Part shown: positions 28,201 through 40,200 of the stretch, one piece after another
Layout: the number at the start of each line of letters is the position of its first letter
Position numbering within the stretch: the stretch's first letter is position 1
NCBI GenBank assembly: GCA_046563655.1
Contig: CM102286.1
Location: forward strand, 7,812,001 to 7,876,000
Source: Yuukianura sp. NJ FZ-2021
Lineage: Eukaryota
Reading direction: 5' to 3'
DNA length: 64,000 nucleotides
Notes under the pieces: generated by a model
What the model was told of the DNA's origin: nothing
What the model saw: the letters and a program-made list of their open reading frames with translations, nothing else
Database searches by the model: none
Program-made: the position numbers and the translations under genes

Positions 28201-31200
28201 ACGTGTAGTTGCCCGGATGCAGTAATAAATTCCAGCTGAATTAATTACGTATTAACCAAAGGGTGCAGCTAATTTCAGAATTTACGAAGTATGGACGGAA
28301 GACAGTTAGATTTTTAAAAATACTTTCAAAAGTTTATAACCTCCGTTTGCCGAGATTAAGGAAACATTTTAAAAAGTGCATCTTGTCGAAAAATCAAGAA
28401 AAACGGAGGGAGATTGTAGACAGAATTTCCAAGAACTTAAATATTGAAATGTTGAGGCCCTTCTAAAAGGCTTCAAATCCCTTCAAAAAATTTCAGAGGA
28501 AGTTGAAAACAAATACCTTCCTTCTGAAGGATGAAAATGAAGTAAAAAATTTCGAGATGAAATGGATGATGGCGGTTTAAGGCTCTTTTTAAGACTTTTT
28601 TCAAGGGTTCTCAAATGAACAGGAATAGTCCACTATGATGATGTGAAATGTAAATGTGCCTTGGCTCATTTTTTTTAAGAAAAAGAGTTTTTGAAAAAAA
28701 GGAAGTTTTTGAAGTGTAGGAAGACCTTGACCGCATCTCACGCAACCTTAAGGAAAAAAGGCCTTTGTTAAGGGTCTTTTTGGGTGTAGAAATTTAGTTG
28801 GTTACAAGGGAAGAGCATTAAGGCCTCCGTTTCTGACTAAAATGGAAAATTCTTATATTTATTCCGTTTTCTTGGATGATTTGGTGAGTTTTTTCTCGTC
28901 CAATCTTCTTAGTATTTCGTTCTTTCAATTTCTAAACCCATTTCCCCCTTTTTTCCTCAGATCTTTCTTCTTTCAAAATACAAAATTGGTTTAACAAAAA
29001 GATTTAAAAAATAGTTTTTCGAAAAGTTCAAACAAGAAACGGGTTTTAGCAGTTTCTAACAGGTTTCATACTAATCCATTTCCATACTTGCACACGATGC
29101 CTAAGTTGTATTAAAACTAAAAGAGAAAAGGATTTTAAAACAAATTTTATTGAAAATTTTTTTACTCTCAATTTCAGGCTGGTTTGTTTTTTTAACTTGT
29201 AGCTGAACCTGAAAAAATAAATAAATGTTTTGGTCATCTTCAAGAATTGGATTAGAGGGCTCCTTTGAATAGACTTTGTTGAGGAGCAATTTGAAAGGGA
29301 AAGTAGAGGAGATGCTAGTCAAAGTGAAAGTGAATGCAGTGGAAAAGGATTCAATAGAATTTCGAAATATTCTAGTAAAAAAAGAAAAAGAAAAACCCGG
29401 CCTTTGATCTTTCTCTTTTTGTCCGCATTTTGGTCCAAGTTCTTCCAGTTTCCAATTTTCTCTAAATTTCAATTGAACATGCAAAGGGAACTAAGGGTTT
29501 GGGTGAGCAAGTAGCGGAAGAACCAAAGTAAACACAAGTCCATGAAGTTGGAGCATCAGCGATTTTGAAGTTTCGTTTTTGGTTTATGGGAGCCTTGAAA
29601 TCTGTTTGTTCCCTTCATCGCATCTTCCCAAATTTACATTATTTCATTCTATTCTGAATGTGATTGATTATACACTTCCCTTATTTTGGGGTGAAACTGG
29701 GATTTTTTTTCAACAACAACAAAAATGAAACTGAATCTTGCAAAGGGCTTGAAAAACTGTTGAAAAGTAATGTTCAACTGGGCATATCCGAATACGGGAA
29801 AGCGTTCGTGTTTAAAATGGTTTGCGTGTATGTAAATGGAATGTTCTGTATTTGTAATACAGCCGAATTAGTTGGCCAGAACATAACTGGCAGCTTGAAA
29901 TTTCAGTAGTGGCTAATTTACTGTGTATTACAATAACTTGTAATTTCAAAAATCCACTTGCATCGAAAAAGTAAAAAAAATGACACGAATCATTTGTCTA
30001 CTTCTTTGGTTTTTTAAATTTTATTAAGTACATTCTGTACGATAAGTGCAATTAAGCATCATGTCAGCACAAAAGACCAAACAGGTTATTTGATCCAATT
30101 TCTGCATTTGTACAAGTCACTCAAGGTTTCTCACCAGTTTTGCTAACTGAATAAAATAATGTATTATGTACAACTACAGTTCTCACAATTAAACTTTTTA
30201 GTTTGATTGTTCTTTTATGTTGTTAACTATGCTTTTTCATATAAAGTGAGATTATGAATTTAAAAGCTGCAATCACGTTTTGATAAAATCTTCAACCCTG
30301 TATGTCTCCTTTGGTTGACTAATTTTGTTGAATATCTTGTTTATCACTTCTTGCATGTAAACGAATGTAGCTCATTATGAAAACTCCATCTCCAAATGGA
30401 TATTAATTTTTCTACTCACGCAAAAGGTAAAATAAGTTATTACAATGAAGAAGGATTTGATAATGAAAAATATTACTAAGAATATTCTGGGGAATATTTT
30501 ATGAAAATTAAGTTTTTTTTTAAAGAAATATTTCATGAAAATTAAGTTTTTTTTGAATATTTTAAGAAATATGGTAAATTATAATTATAAGATTTTTAAA
30601 TTTGAGGTTACACATGTAATACAGCTCCATTTAAATGAAGCTGCTCAGTTGGCGTCTTATAAATATGAATTGATATGAATAATTCAGTTGCATTTTTACA
30701 TGCACTTGAAGCTTAAGTGCTGAAGGACACCAAAGGGTTCGTGTAGCCTTGACATGACGTGACAGAACTGAGGCGTGGTGAAGTGGGTGTTGAAACATTT
30801 CCAAATTTTGGATTTTGAACAAAGCGACTGCAGGTTAGAAAACGTTTGGAACAGGAAATTTAAATGGTCAATTTAACATTACTTTCTATTTTTATGTCCG
30901 TTTATAAAACAAGTATTTAGTAATGATTTGAGCAAGGGAAAGATGGACGTCATGCTAGGAGCTGAAATTGGTTTTGATCCTTAAGGGCTCTTGTAAAACA
31001 AAATGAATAATTTGAAAATTATACTTTTCAAATTCTTAATCTTAAACAAAAGCCTCTGGAAATTAAGTTCCTTCAAAAAATCCTTAAATGATACAGACTA
31101 CACCAAATGTTGTATTCCATACAGGAAGACGTCATTCATCACTGCCCAGTTTAAACTTTGTGCTCAACTTTGACACGAAGATTTGTCCAAAAGTTAATGC

Positions 31201-34200
31201 AAATAGTTTCAAAACTTTTTAAAACAAAAAGTCTAACCTTTGACACAAAAACCTTAAAGCCAAAAATGTTGGTTCTATTTAATTTCATAGATTAAAGAAA
31301 AGTCTGAAATTCGCATCAAGAACTTATCCTAAAAAGCAGTTTTTTTTTTCTTTTTGTGATATAATAAGTTTGTAACTTTGGGGGGAAAATCTTCCCGAAA
31401 ATTATTAGGGGTCAAACATTTTGCGGTCATGAAATAGTAAAAAGTTACATGTAAGATACATTTGGATGCGGGTCTCGGATCTCTTTGTCAGTGTTTTTGA
31501 TCTTGACCTTTGACCAAAATATGAAAAGCAGGGAGCTTATCCCATGATTTCCAAGTTGAGACTTTATCGAAAGATGTGATGAGACAGGATCCTCTGGAAG
31601 TTGAAGGATTTCCTCGTCTAGAAATGACGTTCCCTTGTTTTCGTCATTCCATTTCATTTTCCGTATCTATGGAAAGAGACTGGTTTCCCCCTCATGGTTT
31701 TCTCCATTTGAACCAAAACGAGGGAACTCGTAAGCCCATTTCCTCGTAATAGAAATAAATATTTCCTCGGCTGGACTATTCAACTGGACGCTGCAATGTG
31801 CATTAAGTCTCCTTCGTCATCAAATGACTCCATGCATAAAATAATAAACTTTTTCTACGTGACGAAGCTTCGATTCTGCAGGAATACCCGGGAATTTACT
31901 CCTACGCAAGTAACTTTCTTCGACTATGAAAAGCAGAACCTTGTCGGCTTCATTTTTCTCAAGAATTCTAATGTTCTGGAGCATAAATTAGGGGCGTAGG
32001 AGAAGCCAAATCAATTTCCGAAACTGGGAAAAGGCAGTGGGGAGGTGGGGTAGTTTGAATGTGTGATGAAGATGATGTTTTGGGTCTTTTCCCTACCAAA
32101 GACTGATGAATCCCTAAAGTTGAGTCATCAGAATTTGCCTTTCCCGGAATACTGGGAACAGAACAGCATCCTAACCTAGACCTTGTTCTTCCCTCTCCTG
32201 AGCTGGCTCTAATCAAATCTACTTGGACATTCGTAGTCACCCATGCATATTATATGGCAGAGAGAAAGTTAGGAACAAATACTTAGTCATCTTCAGACCC
32301 TAAAGTACAGCAATTCCTTACTCTCCGCAACAACCACTCACCCTCTGTTCAAAAACCAGATTGAATTAGGTGCGCAACAACATATAATTTTCTCAAATTT
32401 CCTCAATCTGCCTTCTTTTCATAAATTTTGATTCCAATTTTATCAAAATTTCCACTCTCAAATCCTTAGTTTATAATTCCTATTTCTTGCTCAATTGCAA
32501 ATGGGGTCACGCAAACTGCAGAAAAATCAAAAATACAAAAAAATCGGTTTTTTAGTTTCTTTTTTTTTTCATCTGACGCACACTGCTTCTTGTTGGGAAA
32601 AAAATTAACTTTGATTTGGTTTTTATAACGTAACTGCCGGGTTTAAGTGAAAAAGCTGAGATTTGGAGGCGGCAATTTTGAAAATCTAAATTTTAGAGCT
32701 AAGAAGACGCCATGTTGTGGACTTTAAAACGGGAGTGTGGAAGGGTTCCAAGATGTTGGAGTGTTTATAGACAGTGTGGGGCTATAAATAAATGAATACG
32801 TGATGATGTGAGACGTTTACATAACCAAGGGAGCATATGAAAGTGGAAAGGGTTGGTTCCTCCTTTTATCCAATGGCAGAGAAAGGGAGGGGAAATCTAA
32901 AAGTTTAAAATTCAAAATCCCCCGGTTCCTTTCCATCCATATGTAAATCCCTACCTCCTTTGCATAGAAATAGACTTCGAACGGAGAAAGTAGCGCACCG
33001 AGAAGCTCACACCTCCGCTTTCCAGCTTCGGCGCAAGCTTCAGCTCCTCCCAAACACTCTATTTCCAGTAGCCGTCGGTTCCAGTCAACCACAAAACCTT
33101 GCCAAAGACATTTCTATTGTCAAATATTATAAATACAGAGTCTATATTCCATAACGCAGACTTTCTCTCCCATCAAACCAGACATGCGCTTTCCATTGTC
33201 TCCGTTTCCTCAATCTGACAAGCCAGCGAGTTCACTTTCCAAGGGCCCTCCTCGGCTGAAGGTACCCGATTAAATTGATATTCAATGAGCTTAAGGGACC
33301 CCTTTTTCCTTGGCAAAGGGTTACAAAAAACCGGGAGAACAAAAAAGCGGGCATCGCGTAGGGCTCGAGCCCTGTCATCTGTCGGAGTGCAAATGAGAAA
33401 TCTACGCCTTCGATCTTGAAGGCTCGCGCTATGGCACGTGACTCTGACTCTGCCTCATCTCTTAATGTCATATCAATAATCTCCTAAAAATGAAACCAAA
33501 TTTCAAAAAATCGAGCGATTTTCAATACTTGTCCAAAATTTTATGTAGTGCAAGCAGAGCTCGTTTCAATTCAAAAAGTTACCCTCCCTCTCAATTTTTG
33601 GACTTTACAAAAGAAAGTTGTTTGGTTATTAGAGGGACGTGTGCTTACTCTTGAAACTATTTCCAAAGCGCTTTCAAATCTTGAATGAATGTGAATGATT
33701 GATAAGACAGATTGAAATGTTTGTATTATGAGGCATTCAACGTCTCAGAATCAAGTAGAGGTTCAATGGACTTTGGTACTTTATACACTACTACTCCTCT
33801 GAGCAACAAAATTACATAAAATGAAAAACCAAATCAAACACAAAACCAACTTCAACCAAAACGTAACTGTCGATCGTGCCTCACATTTCCACGTAAGGAT
33901 TCAAGCATTACACCAACGTTACATAAAATGGCGCGCGTTTACTTTTCCGCGCGTGCGCATACGTTTGTTGAAGGTATTCATTAAGACGCAGGAGGTGATG
34001 AAAGTCATGCATGTCGTCGAACCCTAAATTTTCTCTTTTTGGGGGGAAATGACGTGTTTTTGAACTGCCTTTGAGTTAGGCTGGGCTTATAGGAGAGTCT
34101 GAAGAGCTTTTCCCTTCAGAAATGCCTTTCGTTTGCTTGAATAGAAAGAGAAAGCAAACAAGAGAAAATCAATTTGGCTCGATTATTTTGACCAAAGTGT

Positions 34201-37200
34201 GTTTTTGGGGTGAAAAGAAGAAGTTTTAGGGAATATTGGACACATGCACTCTCCGCTTGCTTTTCCTACTATACAGTATTCCGGAACTTTATTCTGACTA
34301 ACCTAACTTATATACTAAAGTAGGTTTGGGTGTTTGCATCGGACGTAGTCGGAGGCATGTGGGAACGCCAGAGCCGCATTTTCTCCTCTGTCACACACTA
34401 CAGTACTAACCGTGTTGACAACAAGAACTTTTTTCACTTTCTTCTTTTTGCTTATTGCTAAGCATTAGAGTAAGCCCCCCTCCCCCCTCCTGCCGAAAAA
34501 ACAAGTTTCAGAGGGAGTTGCGGGTATTTCAAAAAAATATGAAAAAAATGAAAAAATTGTGGTGACCAATGTGATCGTTTTTTCTACTTTTCCTATTTTC
34601 TGCTTTACCTAAAAGCACCCCGTCACTTCCAGATGTTGCTTCCAAACTTTCTCTTTTTCTTATTCTTTTGCCTATTTCTGCCATAGTCCTCACCTCACTC
34701 AAGGGCCCCCGAAACTCCTTTAGTGAAAGGTTAGTTGCAAGGGAGAGGGAAAGCGCTGTAGTTTACATAGACATGATTAGGTTATATATATTACGTCTAT
34801 GCGTCTAACATTGACTATGTTTATGGCGGAACTTCTTAAGGAAATCCGTTACTGACTCCTTGTACATGCATCACTTCTGGACAGGAAAAAACTTATTCCA
34901 GACAAAAATTTTCATTCAGCCTTTCCTTTTCCATGTCCCCGGTCTCTGCCCAATTCAATCTCCCTCTTTTATTACATTACACAAACAATTTTTTCCTATT
35001 TCCGTAAAATTCTGGAATAATATTGAGCCCTCCAGATATTTACTTTCTCCAAGTGGAACTGGGACTAAGGGAGCTTCTGGTACAGCAAGAACGGAGCACA
35101 AGCTAACGTTGTTCGGCCTTTCCGGTGGAAGTCCCTTGCCAATTTTGTTATTCATACTTACACGAGGGAACGCTAGGTTGCTTTATTATTTCCGCCAAAT
35201 TTCAAATTTGAAAGCATGGGTCAAATTTATGACCTACGGTTCTTGTACTAGCAGAAATTTCAAACGCCTAATTAAATGTGCACAGATTTTAACTAACACT
35301 TTGATTGTATAAAAATTCTCAATCGTGATCGCTGTGCACAAATTTTGAAACTTTTGTTACACTACTCAAATTTAAGATTTGGAAGTTTTTGCACTTTCAG
35401 AAATTCTGGCTCCTGGTTCAAATATTTTTGAATTTATGGTTTGTTTGAAATTCTGAATTTTGGGGCACAGGCTTGGAAAGCTGAATCATGGCACAAAAAT
35501 CTCAAATCGGCACTTTTAGATATGAGAAAAATGCAACCACAATCATGTATTACACGCAGGATGACTGGAAAATTATAATGTAGGAAAACATGCATCAATA
35601 GACAAACAGGGTTGATACATAATTTTGTCCACTTTGTAAAAACTGCGCCGAAAACTAAAGTGAAGTTTGGAGAAAGTGACATGCAATGTGGCATGTGGAA
35701 ACGACTCAATTTTCCTTTGAATTTGGTGCGATGAGTTGTTTCCATGTTATGTTTAGGAGAACATTACAAGTTACGAAGGGGGTTTCTGGAGAATGATCGT
35801 ATAATAACATAATGCAAACAATGAGGACAACTTTTCTCCAATTTTTGAAAAAAAAATTGTGGATTCAAGGAATTGCTGTGTGGTGGTGTAATTTGTAGGA
35901 ATCTCTTCATGAGGGAATAGACGGATAATAAATATTTTAGATTTGAAGTTCCCACATGCTCCTACTTAATAATAAAAGTTAGAAACAGAGTGTATACACA
36001 ATTCAATTACAAAACGAAAAAACGCCAAGCTAGTTCTTTTATTATTCTCTGCTTCTATCTCTTTCTGAATAAGTAAACAATCAACGTAATATTTCTGTGG
36101 ACTCTACACAATTCTTGTAATCTTTGGACCAGATTACTTTCCTCTAGAATTCTAAAACAGAATTCCTAGAAGTTCAACAGAAAAATAAAAACATTGTTCT
36201 GTTAAAGTTGACTTGAATACAACTGCTGAAATTCACATTTTGCTCTAAACTAATTCATATTTCAAAAGAAACTCCACCAACAAAAAACTTGCCAATTCTG
36301 CCAAAGTTTTAGAAGAAAGAAGGTTATAAAAGTTTAGCAAAAATTTCATACTCGCCAACAATAAAATAAGAAATTTAATCCGTCAAAGTTTTAAAATTAT
36401 TATAAACGAAGCTCAAGTTTTTTTTAAAGACATTGCGTTCCGTTGTTCTTTTTTTAATAAATATACAACCATTAAGTTTATAGTATATAAATATGGTTTC
36501 AACTTAATCAGATCTTTACTGACGCCTTTGACGCGAGCATCAGTATTTTTCAGAACACTGAAAATTGGTAGCAAGTCTTCCAAAAACTCCAATGGCAAAT
36601 TGTACGCCAATTGCTGACTTGACAGGATTCCAATCCCTTTCATGAAGGTTTCGTCTAATTTTGCAAATATTTGGTTGCAACTCTGCATTTTATGTGTAAG
36701 CATCATCATTATTCCTCGGCGCAGCACAGAAATTTCGTACTCAAATTGGAACAGGTCCTGAGATTCTGGAGGTTTTATAAAAAAAAAAATAATTTTACTG
36801 TTTCATTTATCGAAATTTTAAAAAAATATACAAATGTTACCTATGTTAGAAAATTTTGCGTTTAGAGGTTTTAGGTTAAATTTACGCTAACTCACCTTGG
36901 ATAAAATCCTCAACTATATTTTTGAGTAGAATTAACGCTTTTGGATCTGTGTTAGGGCGTTGCGTTGGATTTGTTTTTCTCCGAAGTGTTTCCGATTGTC
37001 GATTAGCTCGTTCTACAATTAGCCTAGTCGGTGGATTCCTCCTTTTCAAGTTCAGACCTATTAAAATTTAGCTTACAATTAAGCTTTCTTTAGTTTTCAT
37101 CGTTGTTTCATTTTACCTATGATTTACACTATGATTTTTTAAAAATATTTTGACTACACTGACCACTTACGGATTGAATCCCAAATATTGCGGGGTTTTA

Positions 37201-40200
37201 AAGGAATTTCCAATCCTTTTGCAAGAAAGAACAAATTTGTTCGATCTTCGTACTTTGGTACGCCTGGCATTTTGGTTATCACTAAAAAAAATCAAGTGGA
37301 GAAACTTAAAATATGTTTCCGTTAATTCAAATTTTTTAAAACGTTAACAAACTCACAACGCAGGGTACAGGAATGGTGTTAATTATTATAATTACTGTTG
37401 TATTGTAATCGATGGTGACGTGATGTGTTGCTGTGTGGTTGAAGTTTAAAAAAGGACTAAAGTAATTAAAAGTCCACATTAATAAGCTTATAGGGTTAAC
37501 CCTATATATTGGTTCTGGAACTTTCTCAATTCTTAATGGGCTTCCTTAATTGTCACACGAAATTAAGGCTTTAAAAACGGGTAACTACGTCTTGTATCAA
37601 CTGTAGACAGAGTTGCACATGCAGCAGTTCTCTCCAAACTTAAAAAACTATGTTCCGATGCAGTTAGTTTGCAGTGTTAGCACATATCCCCTTCAACATT
37701 TGAATGACCTCAGTGACTTTCAAAACTTTGCATAGCGAAAAACGACATTACATTTTCTTTTAGAAATCCCACTGTGAATATTTTCTTAAACTCAATTATT
37801 CCCAGGCATTACAATTTTTTTTATTTATAGAAGTTATATTCAAAGTAATCAAAATATTGGTAATGCATGAGTCAGAATCAGGAGACAGGAAGGAGTTAAG
37901 TATAGTAATCTTTATCACTGTTTTAACTAAAGTAGTAACTTAACAGGAGCTTTAAAACTATCAAACGTGTCTTATCAAAGCCTTTTACAGTATAATTGTA
38001 AACCCCAAGTTTAAGACAATTTTACCTTACCTGAAACCTATTTATTGAAGAATTTCAAAAAAATTAGAAACAAAATTTCCAAAATTGCATTTAAAAATAG
38101 GTTGGGAAACCCAGAAATTGCACAACGAATTCGCAAATGTGGTAAGCGTTTTTTTTTTTCAAAATAAAATTGATTCAGAATTTTTCTGTTTGTTTCGGAT
38201 GAAAGCCATTCGTTGTGCCCCTGGTTCAAAGGACTTGAATTTATGAAGACTGAATAATATTAAATATAAAAAGGTTTATGATTTCCATTTTCATGCTCAA
38301 CATTTTTTCGGGGGAGCAAAAAAAAAAAAGAATGGGGTCAAAGTCAGTAATTCAGACTAGGGTAGAGTAAATTTCAGTAATGGTTTCTGGGCACATGGTG
38401 CACTGGCATTACTTTTTTTTTCTACATTAACTGGTTCTTTTCATTGTTCAAAACGCTGGAACACAATTCATTCTGTCCAGACTCTAAATCTACACAAGTG
38501 TGAAGTCACCGTAATTGATGAATTTTATATGGCAGGCTATATGATGAATCCAAAAAATTTGGGTGTCAAAGGGTTTGCTACACTTTTCAGAAGAAAAAAA
38601 TCTCTTTCAAAATCATTTCATAATTATTTTTCCAGTGCCATTTTTATTTTAATAGCCCTTTTTGGAAAAATTGTTGCATTTTTTGAATAAAAATCAAGCA
38701 AGGTAAATTTCGAACGGGTTTTATTTTTCTTTCCATTGGTGTGTAACAGCTTTTCATTTCTCCACTTTTTTTTTCTTAAAAAACTGAAAAAAGTGCTGAA
38801 ATATGGGTTGTTAGTGTGGCGTAAAACAGGAAAGAAAATGGTTTTAAATCAGATCCACAGCTGGTAACATCCGAATACATATGTAGAAGGGGTCCAATTT
38901 CATGTAACTCCCGAAATCCCCATAAGACATCATGATGTACGAGATTTTTTTAGTCAGAGATCTCACCCCTTTGAGACACTAAAGGACTCGTGTGCCTCAC
39001 CCAATTCAAGCAACAAAAAATATCAACCCTCTCGAGCACACTTTAACAATTTTTTATAGCAAACGTATAAACAAGCCACTTTTTAACCATAAGCTCCGCC
39101 TTGTTTTAAAATTTAAAAAAGTCAAAGTTCAAAAAGAAGTTTTTCAATGCCGAAAGTAGGCCAAAGGCGATAAAATTTTATTTAGAAAATCATTGGAAGG
39201 TTAAAAATAAAAATTTGAGATGCTCGCGATTTTTTCTTCAAAACTTTAGAGTTTTTTGTTCAACTTTAGTAGTCAAAAAGGATTCCGAAAACGAGGTTTT
39301 TTTCTTGAGAATTGTGAAAAATGTTAAAACTTTTTCGTTCCCATAATATTTCCATTTCCAATTTCTATTGAAAAATTTTGATGAGTTTTGAAACCTCTCC
39401 CGTCGACGATTTTCACATTTGGAGAAAAAAAGTTTTACCTTTCTTCACTTCTTTCTTCAAAATGCGAAGAAAGTCCGTTTTCTTTTGAAAGAAAAATACG
39501 TGGAAAGTGTATGTGTCAGAGACAGATTCTTGGAATATTTCTTTTTCCAACTCCATTTTCTTTTTATCGCGAAATACAAAATGGAGGCGTTTTTTGAAAC
39601 CATTTCTGAATGCATATTCAGCACACACAAGAAAGTAGTTTTCCTTCCACTTTCAAATAAGAGCGGATTTCATTTGAGTTTATAATGGAAGAAAGTACTT
39701 GGAAGGTTTAATGCAATCACTGGACCACACACCAAATTCCAAAATCCAATAACTCCTATATGTCTGTCCTTCTTCCTGGAAGGAAAAGGAAAGTGGACTT
39801 GCGTCCATTTCTTTCAAATTCAAAATTCCCTCCTCCGTTTTTGAGCTGGACATTCAAAGGAAATGACTTTTGTCCATGCAAGGCTTTCTCCCCTTCTGCA
39901 ACGAACAGTCTTTTCCACTTTCACTTCCTTTTCGTCCTCCGTGCCTCATTCAAGTGAACTTTGAACTCTCGGGAAGTGTTGGGCAATTGAATCCATCATT
40001 TCCTTTGTACTTTCCCACCTTCCAACTGCATCTCCCTTTCCCCACATCATTTAAATGGACTTTATTTGCTTTGATGCTTCTTCCTTTTGGGGTTTCAAAC
40101 TTTTACTTGCTTTTTCAACTGAAAATGCGGCCTAGCTTAACCTAGCTTCAAAAATATCTTTGCTCAAAAAGCGAAAATTAATACAAAAATTTGCAAATCC

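Noticed and set aside
32817..33471. Two minus-strand ORFs that might form a nested gene
   Set aside because: I found no convincing splice pair and the peptides have no recognisable features.
19096..35956. Su(H)-type sites (19096, 21958, 34358, 35949)
   Set aside because: Scattered single sites at about chance frequency with no paired architecture.
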